A stretch of DNA of 64,000 bases, taken from contig JBARQV010000006.1 of assembly GCA_049643885.1 (NCBI GenBank), positions 19,234 through 83,233 on the forward strand, given 5' to 3'. This stretch comes from Candidatus Omnitrophota bacterium (GTDB taxonomy: Bacteria; Omnitrophota; Gorgyraeia; Tantalellales; Tantalellaceae). Positions 1-9,794 of this stretch are shown piece after piece. The notes under the pieces were generated by a model, which searched no databases, was not told the origin of the DNA, and worked only from the letters and a program-made list of their open reading frames with translations. Position numbers and translations under genes: made by a program. Each line of letters begins with the position of its first letter. The first letter of the stretch is position 1.

Positions 1-228
1 AACGTCATGGTAGAAGGGGGCGGGGAACTCGCGGGCAGTTTAGTTGATGAGAATATGGTCGATGAAGTGATGTTTTTTATTGCCCCGAAGATATTGGGAG
101 GCGCCTTCTCTTCAGTGAAGGGCAGAGGAGTAAAGAACATCGCTTCAGCTATTGAATTGAACGGCGTCGAAGTCAAAAGAATAGGTACGGATATACTGGT
201 AAGAGGTGTGGCATGTTCTCGGGGATAA
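1..228 (+). CDS. ribD: riboflavin biosynthesis protein RibD, C-terminal (reductase domain) fragment; 5' end lies outside the window
   Basis: ORF is open from nt 1. C-terminal motifs typical of the RibD reductase domain (VDEVMFFIAPKILGG...). Immediately followed by riboflavin synthase. Confidence 0.6.
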   Translation, partial: NVMVEGGGELAGSLVDENMVDEVMFFIAPKILGGAFSSVKGRGVKNIASAIELNGVEVKRIGTDILVRGVACSRG

Positions 229-842
229 TCATTGAAATAGGAAAGGTTAAAAGCATTACGCGCGGGCATTCGGTGTTTCATTTGAAGGCGGCCTGCGAAA
301 AGGTAAACAAGGAACTTGACATCGGCGACAGTGTCGCCGTGAACGGGGTCTGTTTGAGTGTTGTCGAGTTCGAGCCGGACAGCGTGCTATTCGATGTCGT
401 GGCAAATACCTTTGACGTGACCAGCCTCAAAAGGCTAAAGAAGGGTGATGCCGTCAATCTCGAAGGTTCTTTAAGGCTGGGAGATAAGATCAGCGGTCAC
501 ATGGTGACCGGGCACGTCGACGGGGAACGACGGATCAAACGTAACGCGAAGACGGAAAAAGGCTGGATGCTCGAGATAAGCACGTTGCCGGGTGACGAGA
601 AGTACCTGGTCCCGAAAGGCGCTGTTGCCGTAGATGGAGTAAGCTTGACCATAGGGGAACTTTTCCCGGGCGCGTTAAGGATCTTTCTTATACCGCATAC
701 CTTAAAAAATACTACCTTGGAATTGAAAAAAGCCGGATATTATGTTAATGTTGAATTTGATATGATGGCGAAATACGCCGAGAAAAAAGACACCAGGGGA
801 ATGATCACGGAAGAAATGCTTCGGGAAGAAGGGTTTATTTAA
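213..842 (+). CDS. ribE: riboflavin synthase alpha subunit
   Basis: MFSGIIIEIGKV... N-terminus and two lumazine-binding repeats. About 209 aa, the length typical of RibE/RibC. Confidence 0.85.
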   Translation: MFSGIIIEIGKVKSITRGHSVFHLKAACEKVNKELDIGDSVAVNGVCLSVVEFEPDSVLFDVVANTFDVTSLKRLKKGDAVNLEGSLRLGDKISGHMVTGHVDGERRIKRNAKTEKGWMLEISTLPGDEKYLVPKGAVAVDGVSLTIGELFPGALRIFLIPHTLKNTTLELKKAGYYVNVEFDMMAKYAEKKDTRGMITEEMLREEGFI

Positions 843-856
843 AAGAAGGGGGAAAG

Positions 857-1222
857 ATGAAGAAAATCGCACTGTTTCTGGTCATCGCTGTTCTTATTGT
901 TCCAATGCTCGCGCATGCCGAGGATATCACCAAAGGGCCTATAGAAAAACTTGGCAGGGGCATAGCCAACGTTTTGACATGTCCGTTTGAACTTTCTAAG
1001 GGGATGGGGGACGCCGATGAAGAAAAAGGGATATTTGCCGCTTATACATGGGGCGTTCTTCAGGGAACGGTAAACATTGTGAAAAGGGCAGTGGTAGGCG
1101 TTTATGAGATCGTTACTTTTCCTATCCCGTTACCCAAAGATTACGAGCCGATACTGACAGATCCCGAATATTTCCTGGAATCGGAAGAATATTCAGGAAA
1201 GTCCGGATATGACAAGCGGTAG
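857..1222 (+). CDS. small secreted protein with KLGRG motif (resembles exosortase-associated TIGR04073-like family)
   Basis: Signal peptide MKKIALFLVIAVLIVPMLAHA, then ...KLGRGIANV...G...G...N... The family assignment is from memory of its motif and is not verified. Confidence 0.4.
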   Translation: MKKIALFLVIAVLIVPMLAHAEDITKGPIEKLGRGIANVLTCPFELSKGMGDADEEKGIFAAYTWGVLQGTVNIVKRAVVGVYEIVTFPIPLPKDYEPILTDPEYFLESEEYSGKSGYDKR

Positions 1223-1362
1223 CGAAGCTAAATCATGTGCTCATTTGACCCCGCCCGTTATCATCGCCGACACTTCTTGGGGCGTTTTTGCGTCGGACGG
1301 GATGAATTCGCATCTATGATTTACAAACACTACCGTGTTTCTAAATCATGTGCTCATTTACA

Positions 1363-1391
1363 TTGACGCTTTATTATTATAATGATAATAT
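1363..1391 (+). promoter_or_regulatory. sigma70-like promoter (TTGACG-17-TAATAT) about 11 nt upstream of tRNA-Pro
   Basis: -35 TTGACG, 17-nt spacer, -10 TAATAT, read directly from the sequence. Positioned correctly for a tRNA +1. Confidence 0.4.
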
Positions 1392-1402
1392 AGCCTAATT
1401 TT

Positions 1403-1480
1403 CGGGGCGTAGCGCAGTTTGGCTAGCGCGCCACGTTCGGGACGTGGAGGTCATGGGTTCAAATCCCATCGCCCCGACCA
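1403..1480 (+). tRNA. tRNA-Pro (anticodon CGG)
   Basis: Cloverleaf folded by hand: acceptor CGGGGCG/CGCCCCG, anticodon loop TTCGGGA, T-loop TTCAAAT, encoded CCA. Confidence 0.85.
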
Positions 1481-1664
1481 GTTTCCTACAATCGAATAAT
1501 AAGTAGGGGATTTGAAGGGAGCCGCCGAGTCTTTAATGTGGGGAGTTTCCGAACTAGTGAGGAAAAGACCTACCGACGAGGCGGCGGGTGGCCGACCGGA
1601 GTCCCGCTATGTTTTTTGACGAGAGGAAGCGAGGAACAAAAACATGATAGCGGGACGGAGGCGC

Positions 1665-1685
1665 CAAATCCCATCGCCCCGACCA
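1665..1685 (+). repeat. 21-nt direct repeat of the tRNA-Pro 3' end (caaatcccatcgccccgacca); att-like remnant
   Basis: Exact duplicate of nt 1460-1480, found 184 bp downstream of the intact tRNA. Confidence 0.7.
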
Positions 1686-1692
1686 TCTGATC

Positions 1693-2418
1693 ATGGTTTA
1701 CATTATATTCTCTGATGTCCACGGCAATCTGGAAGCATTCGATGCTGTGATCAAGTCCTTCCCTGATACCGCCGAAAAAGAGTTCCTGTGCGCCGGTGAT
1801 GTTGTCGGCTACGGCGCGAACCCGGACGAGTGTATTGATAAAGTAATTTCACTCGGCGCGGTGAATATCATGGGAAATCATGACGCGGCGGTCCTGGGGA
1901 AGACCGACGTTTCTTCTTTTAATCCCCACGCCGCGGCAGCTGTTTCATGGACCATCACGCAATTGACAGAGGGTTCGAACGGATATCTTGAAAGCCTGCC
2001 GTACATTCATCAAACCGAGCTTTTCACAATGGTCCACGGGACTCTGCACGATCCGGAAGAGTTCAGGTACATGCTGACCAACGTGGATGCCCGGAATACT
2101 TTTGACATCCTTAAAACGCAGATATGTTTTGTCGGCCATTCGCATGTCCCGGCAGTTTTCATGGTGAAGGACGGACAGATAGCTTTGAGTTTTAAAAAGA
2201 AAATAAAACTCGAAGACGACATCCAGTATATAATAAACGTCGGAAGCGTGGGGCAGCCGCGTGACGGGGACTGGAGAGCGTGTTACTGCGTATATGATCC
2301 GGGAAAAAAGATGATCGAGCTTCGCAGGGTTGAATATGACCTAAAAACAGCCCAGAACAAGATTTACGATGCAGGTTTACCCAAAATATTGGGAGACAGG
2401 CTGGCCTACGGGAGGTAA
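1693..2418 (+). CDS. metallophosphoesterase (calcineurin-like, YfcE/MJ0936-type)
   Basis: DVHGN...GD..GYG...GNHD...GHSH motifs. Confidence 0.75.
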   Translation: MVYIIFSDVHGNLEAFDAVIKSFPDTAEKEFLCAGDVVGYGANPDECIDKVISLGAVNIMGNHDAAVLGKTDVSSFNPHAAAAVSWTITQLTEGSNGYLESLPYIHQTELFTMVHGTLHDPEEFRYMLTNVDARNTFDILKTQICFVGHSHVPAVFMVKDGQIALSFKKKIKLEDDIQYIINVGSVGQPRDGDWRACYCVYDPGKKMIELRRVEYDLKTAQNKIYDAGLPKILGDRLAYGR

Positions 2419-2422
2419 GAAT

Positions 2423-2926
2423 ATGAGAGGGATAAGAATAAAAGTTGCTGTTGTCTTGTTGGCTTTTGCATTACTGGCTTCGGGCTGCGCCCAGCTCAAA
2501 GATAAGTTTGTGCGAAAACCCAAGGAGACAGACGAGGCCAGGCGTTATCATATGGTAAAAGATTATGACGTCAAACCGAGCATTGAGCTTTATACTAAAC
2601 GATACATCTTCTGGAAGACCTGGCACAAGGAACTTGTGGAACAGATAATGCAGGGTAATCATAAGAAGATAGTAGTGGCCGTGGAACAGGACGTTTCGAA
2701 TCTTTATGACATGAAAAGGATGCTTGTCGACGAAAAAGGAGATCAGCTGCAGCCTTTTATAGTGGACATGGAGGATATGGAAAATACTATAAAGAACTCG
2801 AGGATCACGCGGGCGAACCGCGCGAGGATAAGAATGAAACTGGAATCCATAGGCAGGGGAGTAAAAAAGGATTTCTCATACAATAAGATCAAATACAGTT
2901 TAAGAGATGAATTCCGGACTGAATGA
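2423..2926 (+). CDS. hypothetical lipoprotein
   Basis: Start trimmed to MRGIRIK..., which has a lipobox (LLASGC). No recognisable catalytic motif. Confidence 0.45.
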   Translation: MRGIRIKVAVVLLAFALLASGCAQLKDKFVRKPKETDEARRYHMVKDYDVKPSIELYTKRYIFWKTWHKELVEQIMQGNHKKIVVAVEQDVSNLYDMKRMLVDEKGDQLQPFIVDMEDMENTIKNSRITRANRARIRMKLESIGRGVKKDFSYNKIKYSLRDEFRTE

Positions 2927-3488
2927 TATAGTTATCAAAAGGTTTGTCGTCGGACCTTTAGGGACAAACTGTTATGTGGTCCATGGTAAGGATTCCCGCG
3001 AAGGCTTATTGATCGATCCCGGGGCGTGTGATCCCGGAATAGCCGCTTATATCCGGGATAATAAAATAAACGTGCAGTATATCTTGAACACTCACGGTCA
3101 CCCTGACCATGTAGCCGGGAACCTGGGATTCGGCTTTCCGATATTGATCCATGAGCTCGATGAGTCTTATATACGGCCCATAAAACCGGCATGGTTTTTA
3201 AGAGACGGAGATGTGATAACTTTAGGAGGGATCAAGCTGGAGATCATCCATACTCCGGGGCACACTCCCGGAAGCGTTTCGGTGAGATCGGGGGATATCC
3301 TCTTCAGCGGTGACACCCTTTTTCTTGAGGGGGTCGGGCGTACGGATCTCCCGGGCGGTGACCATGCGGCATTGCTGAAGTCTGTAAAAGAAAAGCTTAT
3401 GGTCCTGCCGGATTCTGTCAGGGTCTTCCCCGGGCACGGGCCGGAGACCACGATAGGACACGAGAAGGAAAATAATCCGTTCTTGTAG
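2907..3488 (+). CDS. MBL-fold metallo-hydrolase (glyoxalase II-like)
   Basis: HGHPDH metal-binding motif and GHTPG. Confidence 0.75.
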   Translation: MNSGLNDIVIKRFVVGPLGTNCYVVHGKDSREGLLIDPGACDPGIAAYIRDNKINVQYILNTHGHPDHVAGNLGFGFPILIHELDESYIRPIKPAWFLRDGDVITLGGIKLEIIHTPGHTPGSVSVRSGDILFSGDTLFLEGVGRTDLPGGDHAALLKSVKEKLMVLPDSVRVFPGHGPETTIGHEKENNPFL

Positions 3489-3752
3489 CACATGTTGGAT
3501 GTTGGATAATCGTAAGCATGAGAGTGAATCGAGGATCAAAAATAGGATACCAGGTTAATAGAGCATCAGGGGGCAGGATATCAGTTGATCAGTATATCAG
3601 GAAGCATTTCTGCCCGATCCCCTGATATCCAGAATCCTGCTTCCTGATAATCTGATTTCCCGATGACCTTTATTTCGAAATTGTATGTTTGGTACTGTTT
3701 GGGATTTGTGTATTGGAATTTCTTGCAATACAACCGGTGATAGAGGGCAGAA

Positions 3753-4637
3753 GTGGAAGAATACATCGACCAATTTATAGATTTCATGGAAGTTGAACGC
3801 GGGGTAAGCCCGAATACTATCGAATCTTACCGGAGGGATATCGAAAAGTTCGTTTCTTACCTCCGTTCCGTAAAAAAAGACCTGGCAAAAGCCGACCGCG
3901 AGGAGATCATGGATTTCATGATGAGCCTCAAAAGCAAAGGCCTTTCCGCGTCGACTATCGCCAGAAATCTTGCTTCGCTAAAAACATTCTGGAAGTTCCT
4001 TGTGATGGAGAGGATAGTGCCCGAGAACGTCGCTGCGGTCATCGAGACCCCAAAGACCTGGAAGACCATCCCTGATGTGCTGAACAAACAGGAAGTGGAG
4101 AAGCTTTTGAACGCTCCCCCGCGCAAGGGAACGACCGGTGTCAGGGACAGGGCCATACTTGAACTGATGTACGCGACGGGCTTGAGAGTCTCGGAAGTCA
4201 AGGACCTGAAAAAGGCGAATGTCAACCTTGAAGCGAGTTTTGTAAAATGTTCAGGGAAAGGGGGCAAGGAGCGTGTGGTGCCTCTGGGAAGCTTTGCTAA
4301 AGACGCGGTGGCAAAATACGTGAGCGGAGCCAGGCAGAAACTTTCGCGTAAGATCGAAGACGATCATCTGTTTTTATCTAAGCTGGGGAAATGTCTTTCC
4401 CGCCAGAGTATATGGAAGATGATCCGGAAGTACGCCAGACAGTCCGGCATAAAGAAGCATATTACACCCCACACCCTGAGGCATTCGTTCGCTACGCATC
4501 TATTGGAAGGCGGGGCGGAACTCCTCGGGATCCAGGAAATGCTAGGGCACGCTGATATATCGACGACGCAAATATACACGCATATAAATAAGGATAAGCT
4601 CAAGAAGGTGCATGAGAAGTACCACCCGAGAGCGTAG
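3753..4637 (+). CDS. xerD: tyrosine recombinase XerD (GTG start)
   Basis: N-terminal SAM-like domain. C-terminal R...HxxR...Y catalytic residues (HTLRHSFATHLLEGG...Y). 294 aa, the canonical Xer size. Confidence 0.8.
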   Translation: MEEYIDQFIDFMEVERGVSPNTIESYRRDIEKFVSYLRSVKKDLAKADREEIMDFMMSLKSKGLSASTIARNLASLKTFWKFLVMERIVPENVAAVIETPKTWKTIPDVLNKQEVEKLLNAPPRKGTTGVRDRAILELMYATGLRVSEVKDLKKANVNLEASFVKCSGKGGKERVVPLGSFAKDAVAKYVSGARQKLSRKIEDDHLFLSKLGKCLSRQSIWKMIRKYARQSGIKKHITPHTLRHSFATHLLEGGAELLGIQEMLGHADISTTQIYTHINKDKLKKVHEKYHPRA

Positions 4638-4780
4638 ATTGGATGCTCGATGCGGGGGGACGGGTGGCGCGACAGTGTCCGAGCACAGCACAAATGAAAT
4701 GCGGATGCGCGCAGGACACTGAGCGACAGGACCCGCCCACCGGATGTTGGTTGTAGAATAACGATATACGCAATACGGAT

Positions 4781-7465
4781 ATGGATTTGATCGTTACGCA
4801 CAAGAATGCCGATTTTGACGCGCTGAGCTCTCTGGTCGCGGCAAAAAAACTTTACCCCAAAGCCCGTCTTTTACTTCCGGGTTCCCAGGAAAGGGCGGTC
4901 CGGAAGTTCATGTCTCTTTTTAAAGATCAGTTAAAAATAGAGAATGAAAAAACATGCCGGATGGATGACATCACCCGGATGATAATCGTTGATAACCGCC
5001 ACAGATCCCGTATCGGGATAGTGGCCTCTCTTTTGGGCAAAAAGGGGATAAAAGTCCATATCTATGATCACCATCCCCGGACCAAGTATGATATAAAGGG
5101 AGACATAGACGTGTTTAAAGAGGTCGGGGCCACGGTCAGCATCCTCCTGGAAAAACTTATTAAAAAAGGCAAACTGTCTTTGACTCCGCTGGAAGCGACG
5201 CTGATGCTTCTCGGCATATACGAGGAGACGGGATATCTTACCTACCGGACTACTACCAAACTCGACATCGACATTGTAAGCAAACTTCTTGAGCAGGGGG
5301 CAAACCTGAACGCGGTGTCTTCTTACCTGAACCGTGAACTTTCTGCCAGTGAACTTTCCGCGCTTATAAAACTTTTGGAATCGATAGAGGCTATCGAGGT
5401 CCGCGGGGTAGAGGTAGCTTTTGCCGAGATGGACTCCAGTGATTTCGACGGGGAAACCGGTACCGTTGTCCATAAGCTGCAGGATGTGGAGAATTATCCC
5501 GTTCTCTTTGTGATGTTCAGGTCCGGGGAAAAGGTGAAGATACTGGCCAGGAGCCGGTTTGAGAGCATAGATGTCAACAAACTGCTCGGGCACCTGGGAG
5601 GCGCGGGCCATTCCAGCGCCGCGAGCGCTAGACTGGAAGGCAGGACGACGAAAGATATCCGCGAAGAACTTCTAACGAGGTTGGATAAGATCATCCGGCC
5701 CGAGGTCAAAGCCGGCGATATCATGTCGTTCCCGGTAAAGACGGTTATCCAGGAAGAAACGGTAAATGAAGTATTGGAAAAGTTGGTCCGTCTCGGGCAC
5801 AAGGGCGCTCCGGTCCTTGACGAAGACGGAAAGCTGGTCGGTGTCGTGACACAGGGGGACATTAAAAAGGCTCTCAGGCATAACATGGGGCATTCCCGCG
5901 TAAAGGGTTACATGGCCTCAAGAGTGGTGACCGTGGATCCCGGGACCCCGCTTTATGTCCTGGAGAAAATAATGCTGGAGGAGGACAAGGGACGTATACC
6001 GGTCATAGATAAAGACAATAAACTGGTGGGGATCATCACCCGGACGGATGTGCTCAAGAAAGTTTACAGTTCACTGTTCATGGGAAAGGTCCACAGGCAA
6101 AAAAGTATGTCCAATGTCGCCGCAAAGATGAGAGCATTGCTCCCCAAAAAACTATTGGAACTTTTAAATACCATCGGGAGTGAAGCCGACGCGAAGGGTA
6201 TCAGCATATTTCTTGTGGGCGGGTTCGTGAGGGATGTCTTGCTTGGCGTGAAAAATTACGATCTGGACATAGTAGTCGAGGGCGATGCCATGGAATTCGG
6301 GAGGATCCTGGGAGACAGGATAGGAGGCAGTCTTGTGGTCCACAAGAAGTTCGGGACCTCCACCCTGGTAAAAGACTGGCCGAAGTGGCTGGGGTCTTCC
6401 CTTCATCCGGATAACAAATTCAAGATAGACATAGCTACTGCCAGGAAGGAAGTATACGAGAGGCCGGCAGCTTTGCCGACGGTGCAATTCAGTTCCCTCA
6501 GGGAGGACCTGTACCGCAGGGATTTCACCATAAACGCCATGGCAGTCGGTATAAACAAGGATACCTTCGGCCTCTTTATCGACTTTTTCGGCGGGATGAA
6601 CGATCTGCAAAAAGGGACCATAAGAATACTGCATGACAGGAGTTTTATAGATGACCCGACACGCATCTTCAGGGCGGTAAGGTTCGAGCAGAGGTTCGGG
6701 TTCGCCATTGACAAGCATACAGAGTATCTTATCCAGCACGCGATAAGGCGCGAGATGTTCAAGCGGACGGAAAACCAGAGGATAAGAGATGAGCTTATTC
6801 TCATCCTGAAGGAGAAAAATCCAGAAAAAACCGTGTTCCGGATGAGGGAACTTCACGAACTCAGGTTCATACATCCTGACCTGGTCCTGCCGAGATCCAT
6901 GAAGAAGAGATTCGAGGAGATCAGTAAATGCGTCCAGTGGTATGATACCGCCGAGGACATAAGGCGAAGACGGCTCGATAAGTGGCTCATAAACTTTATG
7001 GCTATCCTGGACTCGCTTTCCGCCAGGCAGGTGGAAGAAGTGCTGAAAGGGTTCGTTTTCACCAGGAGCGAGACCATAAGGGTGATGTCTTACAAGGAAA
7101 AAGGAGACCGGATCATCCGCAAACTTTCTTCGAAGAATAAAATGGCCCCGAGCAGCATTTACAAGCTGCTGGAACCGCTTTCCCACGAGGCCACTCTTTG
7201 CATAATGGCCAAGGCCCGGTCAAGGGTCGCCCGCAGCCGCATAAGGAAATTTTTTACCGTCTATAACGGTATGCGTTTGAAGATCTCCGGAAGTTATATC
7301 ACGAAAGAAGGCATCCAGCCCGGGCCGCTGTACAAGAAGATACTTGACCAGATATTGTGCAGAAAACTTGACGAAAAGCTTCTGACCAAGCAGGATGAGG
7401 TAGAATACCTGAAAAAAGTGGTAAAAGACATCAAAAAGAAGAAAAGCAAGAAACGTAAAAAGTGA
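4781..7465 (+). CDS. multidomain DHH-DHHA1 / tandem CBS / poly(A) polymerase-CCA-adding nucleotidyltransferase fusion protein
   Basis: N-terminal DHH (DHH motif...GGGH), CBS pair, nucleotidyltransferase head (GGFVRD...DLD), HD-like C-terminus. Confidence 0.75.
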   Translation: MDLIVTHKNADFDALSSLVAAKKLYPKARLLLPGSQERAVRKFMSLFKDQLKIENEKTCRMDDITRMIIVDNRHRSRIGIVASLLGKKGIKVHIYDHHPRTKYDIKGDIDVFKEVGATVSILLEKLIKKGKLSLTPLEATLMLLGIYEETGYLTYRTTTKLDIDIVSKLLEQGANLNAVSSYLNRELSASELSALIKLLESIEAIEVRGVEVAFAEMDSSDFDGETGTVVHKLQDVENYPVLFVMFRSGEKVKILARSRFESIDVNKLLGHLGGAGHSSAASARLEGRTTKDIREELLTRLDKIIRPEVKAGDIMSFPVKTVIQEETVNEVLEKLVRLGHKGAPVLDEDGKLVGVVTQGDIKKALRHNMGHSRVKGYMASRVVTVDPGTPLYVLEKIMLEEDKGRIPVIDKDNKLVGIITRTDVLKKVYSSLFMGKVHRQKSMSNVAAKMRALLPKKLLELLNTIGSEADAKGISIFLVGGFVRDVLLGVKNYDLDIVVEGDAMEFGRILGDRIGGSLVVHKKFGTSTLVKDWPKWLGSSLHPDNKFKIDIATARKEVYERPAALPTVQFSSLREDLYRRDFTINAMAVGINKDTFGLFIDFFGGMNDLQKGTIRILHDRSFIDDPTRIFRAVRFEQRFGFAIDKHTEYLIQHAIRREMFKRTENQRIRDELILILKEKNPEKTVFRMRELHELRFIHPDLVLPRSMKKRFEEISKCVQWYDTAEDIRRRRLDKWLINFMAILDSLSARQVEEVLKGFVFTRSETIRVMSYKEKGDRIIRKLSSKNKMAPSSIYKLLEPLSHEATLCIMAKARSRVARSRIRKFFTVYNGMRLKISGSYITKEGIQPGPLYKKILDQILCRKLDEKLLTKQDEVEYLKKVVKDIKKKKSKKRKK

Positions 7466-7466
7466 C

Positions 7467-7748
7467 ATGCGGGTCGGGATATTACAGGTTGAATTGATGC
7501 TTAGCGACGGGAATTCTCTCAAAGATAAAAGAAGGGTGCTCAAAAGGTTAAAGGACCGCATAAAGAAGGATTTTAACGCGTCGATCGCCGAGGTCGACTA
7601 TATGGACAAGTGGCGCAGGTCGACGTTAGGTGTTGCTGTTGTATCTAACGGGAGCAAGCATCTCTCCGCGTATCTGGATAACATCGTCGAGTCGATAAGG
7701 CAAGACAGGAAAGTGACCATAGTGGATCACATGACGGAAATAATCTAA
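7467..7748 (+). CDS. DUF503 (YlxP-like) protein
   Basis: About 90 aa, MRVGILQVEL... Sits in the rbfA-truB neighbourhood, as is typical. Confidence 0.55.
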   Translation: MRVGILQVELMLSDGNSLKDKRRVLKRLKDRIKKDFNASIAEVDYMDKWRRSTLGVAVVSNGSKHLSAYLDNIVESIRQDRKVTIVDHMTEII

Positions 7749-7757
7749 GGATAGGAT

Positions 7758-8144
7758 ATGCTAGACAGGATGGATAAAATCACAGAGGGGATAAAGAGGG
7801 AAATATCGATGATATTGCAAGAGAAGGTCAATGATCCCCGTCTCGACGGCATTGCGGTTACCCGGGCTAAAGTCAGCCGTGACCTGAAGTATGCGAAGAT
7901 CTATTACCTGGGATATTCTGATGACGAAAGGGTTAAGAGCGATGCCGAAAAAGCCCTGAAGAAGGCCCGCCGTTTTATCCGGAGCGAACTTGCCGGGAGG
8001 GTATCGATAAAATTCATTCCAGAGCTGGTATTTGTCGAGGACAAAGAAGAGGAGATGGAAGAGCATATGGATCGGACTTTCGAGGTAATCGAAAAGGAGT
8101 TGGAAGAACACGGGGAAACAGAGGAAGGAAAAGAGGATGAATAG
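7758..8144 (+). CDS. rbfA: ribosome-binding factor A
   Basis: KH-like RbfA motifs (VTRAKVSRDLKYAKIYY). Acidic C-terminal tail. Confidence 0.85.
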   Translation: MLDRMDKITEGIKREISMILQEKVNDPRLDGIAVTRAKVSRDLKYAKIYYLGYSDDERVKSDAEKALKKARRFIRSELAGRVSIKFIPELVFVEDKEEEMEEHMDRTFEVIEKELEEHGETEEGKEDE

Positions 8145-9111
8145 ATCGATGGTAGACGAAGTAACAGAAGCCCTGAAGACAGGTGATAATTTTCTGATAA
8201 CCGCGCATGTAAATCCTGAAGGTGATTCCATCGGCAGCCAGTTAAGCGTTTATCATATTCTGGAGAAGATGGGGAAAAATGCCGTGATGGTGGGTAATTA
8301 CATAGTGCCTGAAAATCTAAGATTTCTGCCCGGTGCCGGGTCTATCCTGAACGAACTCCCCGCAGGTTTTCGCCCCGAAACAGCCATTATACTGGATTGC
8401 CCGACGAAGGAGCGGATCGGGAAAGTCAATGATCATCTGGAAGGAGTGAAACTGATAGTTAACATAGACCATCATATAAGCAACGAATATTTCGGTGACA
8501 TTAACTGGGTCGAACCGGAAGCGAGCGCCGTGGGCGAAATGGTATACAGCCTTATCGAAAAACTCGGGATGGAACTTGACGATAAAATGAATTCAGCCAT
8601 GTACGCGGCGATCGTGACCGATACCGGCATGTTCAATTATGATAACACGTCGAGAAGGACTCATCTGGTCGCCGGGGAGCTTATTGCGAGCGGCGTGAAC
8701 CCCAAGATCATGCACACGAAACTGTTTGAGGAAAAGTCACTTCCCCAGATAAGATTAATGGGAAAGGTCTTGTCTACGATCAAAGTCGAAAAGGACGGTA
8801 GGTTGGCCTATATGTGGATGACCCGCGAAATGCAGGAAGAGGAGAACATCAGGAGCGTAGCGACGGATGAGTTTATCAATTATCCGCGGTCGATCAAAGG
8901 CGTCGAGGTCGCTGTGTTCTTCAAGGAAAGGATAAACAATCCCGGGCATATCGATATCAGTTTCCGGTCTATGGGGAAGATCGACGTGGATGTGATCGCG
9001 GCGTCTTTCGGGGGCGGCGGCCACAAGAGGGCGGCCGGGTGTTTTCTTAAAGGGGATCTCGAGGAAGTCAGGGAAAAGGTCCTTAAGGAGATCAGGGAGG
9101 TATTAGGCTAG
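8137..9111 (+). CDS. DHH-family phosphoesterase (NrnA-like oligoribonuclease / pAp phosphatase)
   Basis: DHH and DHHA1 motifs (DHH...GGGH). Confidence 0.75.
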   Translation: MNRSMVDEVTEALKTGDNFLITAHVNPEGDSIGSQLSVYHILEKMGKNAVMVGNYIVPENLRFLPGAGSILNELPAGFRPETAIILDCPTKERIGKVNDHLEGVKLIVNIDHHISNEYFGDINWVEPEASAVGEMVYSLIEKLGMELDDKMNSAMYAAIVTDTGMFNYDNTSRRTHLVAGELIASGVNPKIMHTKLFEEKSLPQIRLMGKVLSTIKVEKDGRLAYMWMTREMQEEENIRSVATDEFINYPRSIKGVEVAVFFKERINNPGHIDISFRSMGKIDVDVIAASFGGGGHKRAAGCFLKGDLEEVREKVLKEIREVLG

Positions 9112-9794
9112 TGGAAGATCCGTTTGGACTTTTGATAGTTGATAAAGCGAAGGGCATGACCAGCCACGATGTCGTGGACCTGGTGCGCAGGAAGTTCAGG
9201 ATAAAAAAGGTCGGTCACGCCGGGACGCTTGACCCCGGTGCGACCGGGGTCCTGGTCCTTTTGGTCGGAAAGGCGACCAAGCTGTCCGGGGATTTTTTAA
9301 ATCAAGATAAAGAGTACGTGGCTACTATGAGGCTCGGGGAAAAGACCGATACCGGGGATAGTGCCGGGAAGATCATAGAGGCCCGGGAGATCCGCGTGTC
9401 GGAGAAAGAAATAAAAGATGTAATGGAAGGATTTTTGGGCGAGTCTTACCAGGTCCCCCCGATGGTTTCGGCTAAAAAAGTAAACGGGAAAAGGTTATAC
9501 AAGATAGCCCGTAAAGGCATAGAGATCGAAAGGCAACCAAAAAAGATCTTCATTAAAGAAATAGAAACGATCAGCGTGGAACTCCCTTGCGTCAAGTTCC
9601 GTGTTATCTGCAGCAAAGGCACCTATATCCGCCAGTTGGCCGAGGATGCCGGGGAGAAATTGGGCTGCGGCGCGCATCTGACGGAGCTGGAGCGGACAAG
9701 ATCCGGGCCATTTCTTTTGGAACAGGCAATTCCGGTTTCAACCCTTGTGGACATGGATCAGCATACCTTAAATGAAAGTATTATACGGATATAA
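9111..9794 (+). CDS. truB: tRNA pseudouridine(55) synthase
   Basis: HAGTLDP catalytic motif. Conserved operon position. Confidence 0.85.
   Translation: MEDPFGLLIVDKAKGMTSHDVVDLVRRKFRIKKVGHAGTLDPGATGVLVLLVGKATKLSGDFLNQDKEYVATMRLGEKTDTGDSAGKIIEAREIRVSEKEIKDVMEGFLGESYQVPPMVSAKKVNGKRLYKIARKGIEIERQPKKIFIKEIETISVELPCVKFRVICSKGTYIRQLAEDAGEKLGCGAHLTELERTRSGPFLLEQAIPVSTLVDMDQHTLNESIIRI

Noticed and set aside
3753-4637. XerD as a phage/ICE integrase explaining the tRNA-Pro duplication
   Set aside because: Length, N-terminal SAM-like domain and C-terminal motif set are those of the housekeeping XerD. It is 2 kb from the tRNA and separated from it by unrelated genes.
6164-7186. 340-aa minus-strand ORF (and similar long antisense ORFs at 14672-15820, 16618-17403, 30146-31273, 51825-52784, 40036-40716)
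   Set aside because: Each lies entirely inside a well-supported plus-strand gene (PAP fusion, ftsK, rodZ, uvrA, pfk, MEMO1-AMMECR1). They have low-complexity S/P/R-rich translations and no recognisable motifs. These are typical shadow ORFs of GC-skewed coding strands.
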